A stretch of 64,000 nucleotides of DNA from Hyaloraphidium curvatum SAG 235-1 (lineage: Eukaryota > Fungi > Monoblepharomycota). The position numbers and the translations under genes were made by a program. Below are positions 43,086-55,300 of the stretch, in pieces (within the stretch, counting starts at the first letter, position 1; each line of letters opens with the position of its first letter). The DNA is taken from assembly GCA_025558095.1 (NCBI GenBank), contig JAIVFI010000026.1, positions 124,001 through 188,000 of the forward strand. Reading direction: 5' to 3'. The notes below the pieces were generated by a model. It had not been told where the DNA came from. It saw only the letters and a list, made by a program, of their open reading frames with translations, and searched no databases.

Positions 43086-44579
43086 ATGGCGGAGCAGAGC
43101 GGCTCCGATGAAGTGCCCAAGATGACGGCGAGCCGCGGCTGTCCCCCACCGCCGACGCGTCTCTGACGCGATTCCCCGGTGCAGTATGCCCGTCTGGGCA
43201 AAACCGGGCTCGAAGTCTCGCGGGTGTGCCTCGGGATGATGAGCTACGGGTCGTCCAAGTGGGCGCCGTGGGTTCTGGAGCCCGAGGAGTCGCTGCCGCT
43301 TATCAAATACGCCTGGGACCGGGTCGGTGCCTCCCGAGACCTTCCCCTTCCTCCTCTCATCGATTCGAAATCTCCAGGGCATCAACTTTTGGGACACGGC
43401 GAACGTTGGCCTTCTCCTGGCCTTCCTCGTCCGTTTGGTCGCTGACTTGCGGTTTGCCGGCCAGGTGTACTCGAACGGCGATTCGGAGCGGGTCTGCGCG
43501 GCGGCGATCAAGAAGTACAACATTCCTCGCGAGCGCCTGGTGCTGGCCACCAAGGTTAACGGCCGCGTGTACGACGGGCAACCCGAGAAGCGCAACTTCG
43601 AGAAGCAGACCGCCAACGCGCCGCTGGACGACGTGAACAGGGGCGGGCTGAGCAGGAAGACCATCATGCAGGTCCGTGGGCCAAGCCCGCAGCGGAGGCC
43701 CGTCGTGACCGTCTTTCCACGGGCAGGAAGTCGAGGCCAGCCTGAAGAGGCTCGAGACGGACTACATCGACCTGTACCAGATCCACCGCTGGGACTGTGG
43801 GTTAACGTGACACCCCGTCCTCCTGATCGGACCTGACCTCCCAAACAGACAACACCCCCATCGAGGAGACCATGCGCACCCTCGACGACCTGGTCCGCAG
43901 CGGCAAGGTCCGCTACATCGGCGCCTCGTCGATGTGGGCGTGGCAGTTCAGCAAGGCGCAGTACACGGCCAAGCTCAACGGCTGGACGCCCTTCGTGTCG
44001 ATGCAGAACCTTCACAACCTTCGTGGGTCTCTGCTCTGCCTATTAACAGTCCGAACTGACCACAATGGCCTTGCCAGTGTACCGCGAGGAAGAGCGCGAC
44101 ATGATGCCGCTGTGCCAGGACTGGGGTGTCGGCGTGATCCCGTGGTCGCCGCTCGCAGCCGGCCTCCTGGGCGGGCTGAACCGCAACACCGTGAGGGAAA
44201 AGACCAACATGTTCGCGCGGATGTTGGAGATGCCGGACGTGAACGCGATCATCGACGCGGTGGAGAAGATCGCGGGCGAGAGGAAGGTGGGTTCCTGGGA
44301 CCGGGTAGAATGGGCGGGACTGACAAGGGAGCAGACCAAGCCGGCCACCATCGCGATCGCGTGGGAGCTCAGCAAGCCGTGGATGACGTCGCCCATCGTG
44401 GGGTGTTCCAAGACTTCGTACATCGACGTGGGTGCTTTTGGATCCCGCAGCAGCCGGCTTGCCGCTCACCGGCCTACGCACAGGACGCGGTCAAGGCGAC
44501 GGCGATCCAGCTGACGGCGGAGGAGATCAAGAGCCTGGAGGAGCCGTACAAGCCCAAGGCGGTCGTCGGGTTCACCTAA
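43086..44579 (+). CDS. Aldo/keto reductase (aryl-alcohol dehydrogenase-like)
   Basis: [76 protein letters not shown]. About 7 introns, the first GC-AG. Confidence 0.92.
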
Positions 44580-45165
44580 AGGGCCGGTGGCGCGGGGCTT
44601 CTAGTTTTCGGCTTCTTCTGTACTACTCGAGTCTCCATCCTTTGGGCCTCAAGGAGATGACGGCCGCAGGCACCGCCTTCGCCAGCGTGTACTCGTTCGC
44701 GCCGGAACGCCGCAGGCGGGACAAGGCCACTTGGGTGGAGAGGCGTGCTCCAGTGCTTCGTTCGCTACGCGGAGAAGAAAGAGGGGAGCTTCCTGGCTGC
44801 AATCGATCTCGGCGCCTTTTGCAGAGAATTTGACTGGGGCCCGGTGGACTGTAGGTGCAGGCGCAAGCAGTGAAGCGAATGCGGACCAATTGCGGTGCTC
44901 GACCGCATAGACAGATGCCGATATTGTCTTTCGTATAAGACGGCGAGGAGGATGAGCGGATGTTGTGCCTCCGGTCGCGCAATCCGCCTCCCCGCCTGGA
45001 ACGTCTCCCGCGACGAATCCCGGCCACGGCAACGTCCTCTCCAGCTAGCCTAGTTGCGACTCCCCCATTTGAACGTCCGGCGCGCGCCGCGCCTGTCTTT
45101 GGAAGCTCCTGAACCTCCGCGGCGGCGCGTCCCTTCCCGCGTCGGGGACCGCTCTCTCGGCCGCG

Positions 45166-47470
45166 ATGGCCCCGTCGTGGCCGATTCCCCTCCCCTCGGA
45201 CCGCCTTCCCGACTCTGCCGGCGGCGGCCCGCGATTCGTCTACAACGCCATCGACGCCGTCGAAGCGGACGCCCGGGACCTGGCCACGATCAAGCGCGGC
45301 GAGCGGCTCGTCTCCCTGCAGCTCGAACGCTGGAGCCAGGGCAAGTTCCACATCCTCGAGTTCATGCTGGACTGGCTCACTGTGAAGCCCGAGGCGGAGT
45401 GCCTGTGGTTCCGCAGGAGGACGTACTCGTACCGCGAAGTGAACCAGATATCGAACCGCATCTTCCACTATTCGAGGGACGTCCTGGGGCTCCAGAAGAA
45501 CGGCATTGCCGGGATGCTGCTTCAGAACTGCCCCGAGTTTGTGTTTCTCCAGGTCGGATTGGCCAAGCTGAAAGGTGGGCAGCGGCGACGCGGGAAAGTA
45601 GTCACGGCTGACCAGACACCACCCAGTCGCCCAAGCCTGGCTCAACTACAACTTGAGGGGGGCCAGCTTCCTAGGATGCCTCGCAATCGCTGCCCCGCCC
45701 GTCCTCTTCTTCGAGACCGCGACCGCCGGCCACATCATCGAGGCCATGGACGGCCTCCTCGCCGCGAAACCGCCCGTGAGGCTGGTCCTGTTTGACAACG
45801 AGGACGGGGCCGCGAGGATCGTGCCCGAGATCGAGAAGCGCGGAGGCAAGGTGGACGTGATCACGGAGCGGTCGCTGGAGGCCTATTCGGACAGCGAGCC
45901 CGACCCCGAGATCAGGAGGAAGGGGACGACGGCCAACGACCTCAACGCCCTCATCTGTGAGACAAGTTGCTTCCTCCCGGTTGGCGGAGACTGACGAGAG
46001 TTACAGATACTTCGGGGACGACTGGGCTGCCCAAGGCTACTCGCTCCCGCTTCTCCAGCGGAGGTGCCGCAGCCTTGTCGTGGTGCCTGACCGGGTACCT
46101 GAACGAGCGGGATCGGTTCTACCAGCCGCTTCCTCTTTTCCACGCCAGCGGCCAGATTGGCCTCGCTACCTCCTTCATCCTCGGGATCCCCTTCATCAGT
46201 GAGTAGTATCGACTGGGCGCGCCGCCCCGTTCCTGATCCCATCACTTTCAGTCGCCCGCAAGTTCTCCACGAGCGGCTTCTTCCCGGAAGCAATCGAAAG
46301 CCGTGCCACCGCCTTTCAGTACATTGGCGAAGGTTGGTCCCGCGCTTCCTCTTTCCCACCGCGAAGCTGAAACTCCTCCTAAGTCAACCGCTACCTCTAC
46401 GCCCTCCCCCCTTCGCCCAACGACCGCGCCCACAAGATCCGGACCGCCATCGGCAACGGCATGAGGCCCGACATCTTTGCCGGCTTCAAGGAGCGCTTCG
46501 GCATCGACACCATCCTGGAGTTCTGTGGGTCATCATGCTCCTCATTTGGCCGTCCCTGACGATGTCCGTTTTTGCAGACGGCGCCTCGGACGGCAACGTC
46601 CTCACCCAGATCCTCCACACCCCCACTTCCCCGCCCGAAGCCCTCGGCGCCGTCGGCTTCTACGGCCCGCTGTACGACCAGCTCGTCGGCGCCGTCCGGA
46701 TCGTCAAGTTCGACGTGCAGAGCGAGATGCCCGTGCGGGACGCTGACGGGTTCTGCATCCCGTGCGCGTGGGGGGAGACGGGGGAGGTGCTGGGAAGGCT
46801 GCTGTACAAGGACGATCCGGCGAACAAGCTCGGGGTGGAGGGGTTCGGGGGCTACGAGGGGAACAAGTCCGCGTCGGACAAGAAGGTTGGTGTTCTCGGA
46901 TTTGGCATCTTGGCTGGTCTTTGAAGCGCGCGACGTCCGCAGATACTCCACGACTGCTTTGCTAAAGGCGACCGGTGGCTGCGGATGGGCGACCTGCTCA
47001 GGAGAGACTACCCTGGCTGGCTCTACTTCGTCGACAGGATCGGCGACACGTTCCGCTGGAAGGGCGAGAACGTCAGCACGCAGGAGGTCGGCAACGTGGT
47101 GGCCTCCCACCCCGCCGTGCTGGACGCCAACGTGTACGGCGTCCAGGTGCCCAGCATGGACGGGCGGGCCGGGATGGCGCTGCTCGTGGTCGACCCCGGC
47201 AAGAAGGGCCTCGAGGCGACGCTGGAGGACCTCGGGCGGTTCGTGGACGAGCGGCTGCCGCACTACGCGGTGCCCAAGTTCCTGCGGGTGGCGCCCGAGA
47301 TCGAGCTCACGGCGACGTTCAAGAACCGCAAGGTCGAGTACCAGAAGGAGGGCTTCGACCCGCAGATCGTCGGGGATCCGATGTTCTGGTTCGACCCGGA
47401 TCGCAAGACCTACGTCCGGTTCGGGGAGCGCGAGCACGCGTTGGTGGCCGGTGGAAAGGCTAGATTGTGA
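45166..47470 (+). CDS. Very-long-chain acyl-CoA synthetase / fatty acid transport protein (FATP-like)
   Basis: I/YTSGTTGLPKA AMP-binding motif, PLPLFHASG, AIGNGMRPDI, YFVDRIGDTFRWKGENVSTQEV, DGRAGMA. Multiple introns. Confidence 0.92.
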
Positions 47471-47612
47471 TGCATCATGGAAACATGATAGATTGGTGCC
47501 GCTCGGGGACGAGGAGAGTCAGATGCCGCAAGGACGGCGGCAGCATAGCACCCGGCGTTGCCCCGCTGTCTTTGCAGGGTTCCGCGCCCGCCAACTCTTC
47601 AACTCCGCCACG

Positions 47613-49316
47613 ATGGGAGCTCGTTCCCTGCTGCTAGTCGTCGCTTCAACCCTTTTCGTTGCGTTCGCGGGCGCGATTGCCCCTCCCGCCGCGCGCGGTG
47701 CGCCAGCGGAGGTCGGGGGGCCATTTCTTGCGCCAGACGACACCTCTTCTCTCGCGGCGGCAGGAGACGGCGTGACGCTCCGGAACTTTGTTGCTGACGG
47801 ACCTCGCGAGCCGCTGTTAGCGGCGGAGCCTCCCGACGGGGCGCTGGCCCGCCGACAGCTCGCCCCGACGCGCACCGTCTTCCGCACAAAGACGGTGTTC
47901 CGCACAAAGACGGCGACGCTGCGGACGTGCACCGCGACCGTGCGGAAGACAATTACGCGCACGCTGTCGCGGACGACCCGGACGCTCGTCTCGACAAAGA
48001 CCGTAGTCAGCACCTCGATGGCCACCTCGACCCTCCTGAGCACTTCCGTGTCGACCACGACCAAGACGGTCGTTGCAAGTCCCACCTCTACATCCACTGG
48101 CCCCCCTTTCCCGACCGGAAACGTCGTCTTCTTCCACCCCGACGGAATGGGCGCCAACACTTGGACCGCCGTCCGGTTGCTGCACCGCGGCCCGGACAAC
48201 CGCACCAACTGGGACCTCATGCCCGCCACCGCGCTCTACTCGGGCCACCTGAAGGACTCGATTGCCTCCACGTCCCACGGCGGCGCGACGGCCCACGCGT
48301 ACGGCATCCGCGTCGCCGCCGACTCGTTCGGGATGGACGGCGGGACGCCGATCAGGCAGCTCGGCGGCGGGGAGGGCGGGATCGCAGCCGAGGCGATGCG
48401 GCGCGGGCGCTGGGTCGGCCTCGTGCAGTCCGGCGCTGCGTACGAGCCCGGTACCGCCGCGCACGTGGCTTCCGTGGCGAGCAGAAGCAACTACGACCTG
48501 ATCACGGCGCAGGTCGTCGCATCGGGGGTGAGGGTGCACATGGCGGGCGGCGAGAAGCACTACCTGCCCAACAACGCGCCGGGGAGGTTCGGCGTGGGGA
48601 GGAGGCAGGACGGCCGCAACCTGACCAACGAGCTGGTGCAGGCCGGGTACACGATCGTCTACACCAAGTCAGAGCTGGATGCTCTGCCGCCGGACGTGAC
48701 TAAAGTCTGGGGGATCTTTGCCCGCGACCATACCTTCTTTGCCAACACAGAGGCCGCAAACGCGGCGGCAGGCATCACCGACCTGTACCTCCCCACGGCC
48801 CCCACGATCGGCGAGATGTGCGCCGCCGCTTTACGGATCCTCTCACGCGCCCCCGCGGGCTTCTTCCTCGTCGCGGAGGAGGAGGGCACGGACAACTTCG
48901 CCAACGCGAACCACGCCTCCGGCACCCTCGAGGCCGGGAGGCGCGCCGACCTCGCGCTCGGAGTGCTGCGCGAGCATGCGGAGCGGACGGGGGACACGCT
49001 GGTGATCACCACCTCGGACTCGGATGCGGGGGGCATGCTAGTGATGCCGTCGGGGGCGGGGGTGGTTCCCGCGACCGAGGGCAACGGGGCACCGATGGAC
49101 GGCGTGGCGGGGGCGGGGAGCACGGCGTTCCTGGCGGCGCCGGATGCTGCAGGGAGGAGGCATTCGTTTGCCATCTCTTGGGCTGGGTTCGGCGACGGTG
49201 CGGGAGGGGTGCTGGTGCGCGCCGCGGGATTCAACAGCTGGTTGGTGCAAGGCGTGGTCGACAACATCGGGGTGTACAAGATCATGTACAGGACGATGTT
49301 GGGCGTGGATATTTAA
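47613..49316 (+). CDS. Secreted alkaline phosphatase with Thr-rich N-terminal linker
   Basis: Intronless. Signal peptide, Thr-rich stalk, GNVVFFHPDG, STSHGGATAHAYG, EPGTAAH, FFLVAEEEGTDNFANANH, VITTSDSDAGG. Confidence 0.85.
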   Translation: MGARSLLLVVASTLFVAFAGAIAPPAARGAPAEVGGPFLAPDDTSSLAAAGDGVTLRNFVADGPREPLLAAEPPDGALARRQLAPTRTVFRTKTVFRTKTATLRTCTATVRKTITRTLSRTTRTLVSTKTVVSTSMATSTLLSTSVSTTTKTVVASPTSTSTGPPFPTGNVVFFHPDGMGANTWTAVRLLHRGPDNRTNWDLMPATALYSGHLKDSIASTSHGGATAHAYGIRVAADSFGMDGGTPIRQLGGGEGGIAAEAMRRGRWVGLVQSGAAYEPGTAAHVASVASRSNYDLITAQVVASGVRVHMAGGEKHYLPNNAPGRFGVGRRQDGRNLTNELVQAGYTIVYTKSELDALPPDVTKVWGIFARDHTFFANTEAANAAAGITDLYLPTAPTIGEMCAAALRILSRAPAGFFLVAEEEGTDNFANANHASGTLEAGRRADLALGVLREHAERTGDTLVITTSDSDAGGMLVMPSGAGVVPATEGNGAPMDGVAGAGSTAFLAAPDAAGRRHSFAISWAGFGDGAGGVLVRAAGFNSWLVQGVVDNIGVYKIMYRTMLGVDI

Positions 49317-49624
49317 AAGACTGCTGCATGGATGAGGGTGGGGCCGGTTGCGACGGATCTCGTTTTCCTTTCGCGAGCCTCGGATGCTTTGCCTTCCATG
49401 TAGGCGCCGCGAAAAGGCAGAATGGGGGAAGCCACGAGATCGATGTCAGAGAGACGTTGCTACCCTCAACCTGGGAGGGAAACTGTCCAATCCTGCTTCA
49501 TCCAGCTTGAAAGTCCTGCCCGGCTGCTGGACTGACGGGATCGAGATTGGACTGGCCATCTCAACCCGTACGGGCCCTCACTCCTTTTGAGAGCACACTC
49601 TCACTCAACACTGTAGACGCCGCG

Positions 49625-52354
49625 ATGGACCTCATGCCGCCGCCGGACCCGTTCGACTTTACGGACGACGAGGACGACGCCGTGGCGGACGACGACGTGT
49701 CGACGGACGACGAGGCGCTCGACGAGGCGCCGCTCGCGCCGCCGGCCCCCCCGACGTCGTCGGCGTTTCCCCGGCCGCCGCAGCCCGTCGCGCTCGCCGC
49801 GCCCGCGCCGCAGCCGGGCGGCCTGCTGAGACTGCCGCCGGAGCTGCTCTGCCGCGCCGCGGGATGGCTGGGGCCGCGGTGCTCAAATAGGGACAGGGGC
49901 TGGTCTGCGATCGAGTTCTTCGCGGCGTGCAGGCAGCTGTACGCCCTGTCGAAGGATGCTCTGTTGAGGTCGTCTTTTCTTGTTGGCAGTTTTGGGGCCC
50001 AGGACGCCGTGCTGGGCATCGGTTTCTGGCTCGGCCTGGCGTCGCCCGAGGTCTTCACGGCCGTGGCGTCGGTGGCCACGTCCTCGGGCACGGTGCCGCG
50101 GTTCCTGCTTCAGCGGCTCATCCGCCGCCTCGGGACCACCGGACGCACCGACCTGCTCCCCGCCGCCGCGTCGCTGCTGAACGAACTGTACCCGGCCGGC
50201 CCCGTTTCCCGGCAGCCGCGCGACTACCTCTCCCAGACCGACGACGAACTCATGCGGGCCATGATCCGGGACCCGCGCTGCGTGGTGCCCGAGCTCGTGC
50301 TGGACGCCGTTGCGGGCGGCTGGGCCGTCGAGGACGACCCGGTGCTCTCGTCTCTCCTGACGCTCAAGCACAAGTACGGTCTCCGCCCCTCGGTTCCCCC
50401 CGGCGGGCTCAGCTCCGCGGCGGTCAAGGCCACGGGCCACCGCAGCACGCGCCGCATGTACCTCTACGCCGAGGCGCCGCAGACCAAGCTCGTCAAGGAC
50501 CTGCTCGTGCCCGGCCTGGACGCCAACCACGACCTGCTCCTCGAGTGCGTCAGGAGGAAGGAGGTTCGCAACGTGGAGCGGCTGCTCCGGTTCGGGGTGT
50601 CAACTTCGGCGGCCGACCACCGGCATGGGTGGCTGTGGGACGCGGCCCGCGAGATCGGCCTCTGGGACGACTCGGCCACCGTCGTCGCACAGGCCGCGGA
50701 CCCGGACCTCGCCGCCGCCCCCGACCGCGAGCGCCGCCGACGCCGCACGCTCGCGCTGTCATACATCCTCGGCCCCTCCTTCTCCCCCGACGGCACCGCA
50801 CCCTTTTCTGCCGCCCCGCCCCATCTCCAGCCGGGCGACGCCGTTCCCGGCTGGAAGCTCGAGCGGCTCATCCGGGCGCACCACTCTGCCTCCCCCTCGC
50901 CATCGTACCACAGCGACGAAGCGCTGATCGGCGACGCGGCCGAAGCCGCGCTGCGGACGCGGGATCCAGGGATGGCGAGGCTGCTGCTGGGCCACGAGCA
51001 CGAGGCCAGGGACAGGTGGAGGACGGCCGAGGGGGACGCGATGCTGGCGAGGTGGCAGAAGGCGCTGGCGGACAGCATCGAGCTCTACGTCATCGTGAGC
51101 TCCTACAGGGTGGGGTGCGAGAGGGATAGGGTGAGTTTCGACGGCATTGCCTTTGTCTGCATGATTGGAGGCTCACGGGATCTCCTGTTGACAGTCGGTC
51201 GACCTGCTGGCCGCGATCGTGCAGAACAACGAGGCCGTTGCCAAGTCGCTCGTGGATGACGGGATCGCCCTCACGGTTTCGCAAATGGTGGGTGTCCCAA
51301 TAGCACGTGTCGGCATTGTGGCCAACGCCTCCGATCCTGCCACCAGGTCTCGATCCTTGGCAACAACATCCTCGGGGCGCCTGTTCACACCCTGGCCATC
51401 CGTCTTGTGCCTCTGCAGCCAAAGCAGATCGAGGAGGTCCTCGGCCTCCTCCTCAACCAGCGGCACATCCACCCCTTCGCCCCGCTCTTCCCCCCTTTCG
51501 ACGGCCCCGCCGACGCCGACCACCACCCCGGCGCCACCCTCCTCCTCCGCGCGTACCAGGCGCTCTGGGCCAAGCCGCTGGCGCGGGCCATGCTGCTCCG
51601 GCTGTTCTCGGGGGAGCGCGAGGGGAGGTCCTCGTCCAACGATTGCACGAGGAGGGCGCTGAGGCCGTACCTGGGGGAGCGGAGCGAGCACGCGGCGACA
51701 AGTGCGGTGCTGCGGTGGGACCTTTACCACGCCATTCGGACGGATGACGTTGAGGTGGGCTCGCACGCCATCAGCGGGATGCGAGAAGCCCTGATCGCCG
51801 TTTCACCCTCCCTGCAGACCGCACGCGAACTCATCGGACTTGGGGTCCGCCGCACCGAGAGCTTCATCCACGCGTGGTACCTCCCCGGCATGTCCGACGC
51901 CATGGCACGCCTGCTCCTCGATTCCGGCGCCGCCCCCTCGCGCGGGCACGCCGCGTCGCTCCGCTCGGCGGTTTCAAGGGGCAACGCGACGGTGGCCATG
52001 ATGATCGTGGAGGAGTGCGGCCGGCGCGGGGCAGACGCGGCGGTGCAGAGGCCCGACATCGTGAGGGCGTGCGTGCCGCACCGTCCGCCGAGGGAGGAGC
52101 ATGCGGCGGGGCTGCTGGGGGTCTTCAGGAGGGCGCTGGAGGTGTTTGGGGAGGGGTCGGGGGACGAGGGGCTGCTGAGGATGTGCGCTAGGGCGGCGGG
52201 GGAGGCGTGGGTGGGTGTGCTGGATGCGCATGTGGCGAGGAGGGTAGAGGCGAGCGGCGCGATTGAAGTCGCGGCGGTGGTGGAGGGCGGGCTGCCGGCA
52301 TACCCCACGGCCGAGCTGCCGCAGCTAGAGGGCTTCGCGGCCGACGCATTGTAG
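49625..52354 (+). CDS. F-box-like protein with ankyrin-like helical repeats
   Basis: LLRLPPELLCRAAGWL (F-box-like) and segments such as LLECVRRKEVRNVERLLRFG and SLRSAVSRGNATVAMMIVE. Introns ~51131-51194, ~51288-51346, 51755-51817. Confidence 0.65.
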
Positions 52355-52476
52355 CCAGCATGGCCGGGTCGTCCAGCAATCGCAGAAGCGCGCTCCACAA
52401 CTTCGGGGTTCCGTTCACAGCAGACACCGCGTGTCCATCTGGGCTATAAGATAAACTGTATTAGACAGCACTCGGT

Positions 52477-53256
52477 TCACAGCGCTTTCCCCGTGGCGCG
52501 GTAGAGTAGGAACAGCATCGAGACCTGGCCGGTCATGAAGAGAAGACTCCGAACGAGGTCGATGTCGGCGACGTAGGCGAGGGCGTAGGCGACGCGCACG
52601 GTCAGATAGATCGCCAGGTACCTTGGAGGCTCCGAGCATCAGTCTTGCGAAGTCCCACCGAAGAGAAGGAACCTACTTCTGCCTTTCCTGTTCTGCGACC
52701 CTTCCCTCGCTCGAGAGGGCGGCAACGACAAAGAGGGACACGACCTCGAGAGCGTTCTCGCGAATCCCGGCGATCCGGCGAATCGAGGGACTCAGCTGCG
52801 CGCCCTGGTGGTCAGACTGCGTGCGGGGGTTCTGAGGAACAAAGGGGAAGGAGGTCAACGGGGTTGAGGACGGCGAACACGCTGACGTGTGGCCGCACCT
52901 TGTTGTCGCGTCCGCCAGGATAGCCGGCAGCCTGGGCGACGGAGACCACAGTCGTGACTATAATGAACGTGAAGAGGAAGTAGATGAATATGATCCCGGC
53001 GGAGATGCTGTCGGCTGCCAGTCCCGTCCGTCCGTGGGCACACAAATCGGAGTCCGTCAGTGAGCAGACGCGTCGGAGCGCTTGCCGCGGGGCACCAACG
53101 GAAGTAGCGCCGCGCGACGGCGAGGCTCGGCGCGGCCAGGTGGGACCCGAGGTTCCGCACAATGGCGAACGCGATGCCGTACAGGATGGGGACCGAGACC
53201 ACCAATGGGCCCGGGCCGACGGTGCCCTTGACCACGGAGGCGGAGCTGGAGGCCAT
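52477..53256 (-). CDS. MAPEG family membrane protein
   Basis: Spliced product contains GRDNK/NPR, RIAGIRENALE and VRVAYALAYVADIDLVRSLLF, with multiple TM helices. Confidence 0.7.
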
Positions 53257-53402
53257 TCCAGACGGGATTCGCGGCAGGGAGCGGTGGGGGACGTTTCCGG
53301 AGATTCTGCGAAGTTCCGCGCTTGTAGCCGCCCGGCCGGCCCACTCATTCGCTGACCTGTCGCTACGGTCACATCAACTGGAACCGCCACGCCTCATCGG
53401 AG

Positions 53403-55025
53403 ATGGACAGTTCACTTTCCGAAGACGCGAGCGTCGGCACTCCGGACTTTGCCGCCGGCCTGGCGGTGCCGCGATGGCAACGGCGCCTGTGGGACTTCTT
53501 CCCTCCCTGGCCTCCGCGCGGACCCGACGTTGCAAACTTAGGGGGCGTCAAGCTGCCGCCGGAGATCTTGACAATGATATTTCGGTAAGGGACATTTCTC
53601 CCTGGTCTGGGGGCTGCATCGAACGTCTCCTGCGCAGGTTTGCCCTCCCGCGCTGCCGCTTCCTGGACGAGACCGTCGTCCATGAGCCACTCTGCACCTG
53701 TGAAATCTGTCTCTCCTCTTGCTGGTCCACGAGGGGCTTGGCCGCAAAGCTCTGCCGCGTCTCGTCGCTCTTGTGTGTGGAGCTGCCGGGAAGTTGACCC
53801 GGCCGAAACCACGTGGCGAGCCCTGCGCGTGACAATTGCCAACCACTTTGATGCCGATACCGAGATGACGAGCCATACGCTGGGAATGCTGCGGAATGTC
53901 GCCGTGCGCTTCGGCAGGATGGACCCATTTTCGGAGAGGACGAGCGGGCGTTGGACTCCCTGTCCGCGGCCATTGCGGAGAAAAAGACGCTCCAACACCT
54001 TCAGCTGACAGGTATCCTGTCGTCGGAACAGGGGACGGCGTCCGAAAGGCTCCTCAGGGCCGCGCGCGGGGCACGCCTCAGATCGCTCACGTGCCAGGGG
54101 TTCGGTGTGACGTACGGCGTGCTTCGGAGCTGCCTCCGAACGTCGAGCGTCACGGCGTTGGACATTTCTGGTTTCGCGGTCGAACGGGAGGACATGATGG
54201 ACGCGATCGCGGACTGCCTGCCGACCTCGCTCCAGAGTCTTTCGATCAACTCCGGCTACGTACACGAGCCCGGCGACGAGGACCCCTGGCCGATTTCGTG
54301 TTTTCGAGACCACCATCTCTGTGCTGTGGCTTCGAAAGCTCTGGGTTTGAAGGTCCTCTCGCTGACCATGTGCCCGGACCTGACCGACGCCTCGGTCGGA
54401 CCCGCCTTGGCGGCGCTTTCGGAGCTCCAAAGTCTGAACATTTCCTACTGCGACAGTACGACCGACATCGGGCTTTCCGCCGTCGCCAGTCGTGACCTCA
54501 GGCACCTGAAGTTAGACGGTTTGCCTTTCATCACGGACGAATCCGTCGACGCGATCCTCGCCCGCAACCGCAGTCTCTTCTCGATCGACCTACGCGATAC
54601 CCAAGTTTCCGTGAGCCTCGCAGCCCTTTAGGCGGAGAACAGATCTGACCTTGTGACCATCGCAGGATGCGATCATTCCCCGAATCCTGGATCTCCGCGC
54701 AAGGTTGACCTCCCTCGTTGTCTCCCGCACTGCAGTCACCTGGCCCGGACTCCGCCTCCTTTTCAACCCTCCCAACACGAAACTCATCTGTCTGGGGATC
54801 AGCTACCTCGCCGGCGCCCAGGACGACGTCGCCCACGCCGTCCCCTGCCTTGGCGAACTCCGCGTCATGGGCCACGTCGGATCGGTCTCGGAGAATCTGA
54901 TCGGCGCCGTGACGAGGCTGCGCGGCACGCTGCGGACGCTCACGGCGGAATCCGCCGTCCTCGTCCAGAAGGTGCTGGAGCTGCTGGTCGGGGACGGAGT
55001 GCTTACCCTCTCGACGGTATACTGA
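53403..55025 (+). pseudogene. F-box/LRR (RNI-like) gene with two apparent frameshifts
   Basis: KLPPEILTMIFR, then intron. Frame changes at ~53765 and ~53945 lack intron signals. LRRs LKVLSLTMCPDLTD, LQSLNISYCDSTTD, LRHLKLDGL. Confidence 0.65.
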
Positions 55026-55300
55026 ATGCTGGCCGCACCAAGATGAGGACGGATTGCGCGCCGGACTTTGAATCAGCGACACTTTCAAGCTCCTATGGCC
55101 CTCTTTTGATCTCCGTGATTGGGAGCTTCGGTCCGTCTGCGGGCGGCCTCCCCCGCGACGACCCAGCGATTTTCCGCCACAGCGTCACAGCACCTTCCAC
55201 CATCAGAACCTCGGCCATCACAGCTCCGTGCAGACCTTCCGCGGTCGTAGGACCAAGCTACCTCCAGACCGTTCATTCTGCAGGCAGTTCAGCCGGCGCC

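Noticed and set aside
44600-45060. Coding-like intergenic text (also 7450-7840, 12150-12480, 27300-27540, 49330-49600, 55030-55270)
   Set aside because: Possibly old gene remnants, but there is no recognisable motif or consistent frame to support a call.
46572-47612. Apparent 914-aa ORF fusing upstream sequence to the alkaline phosphatase
   Set aside because: The upstream part is an off-frame reading of the FATP gene. The phosphatase has its own ATG and signal peptide at 47613.
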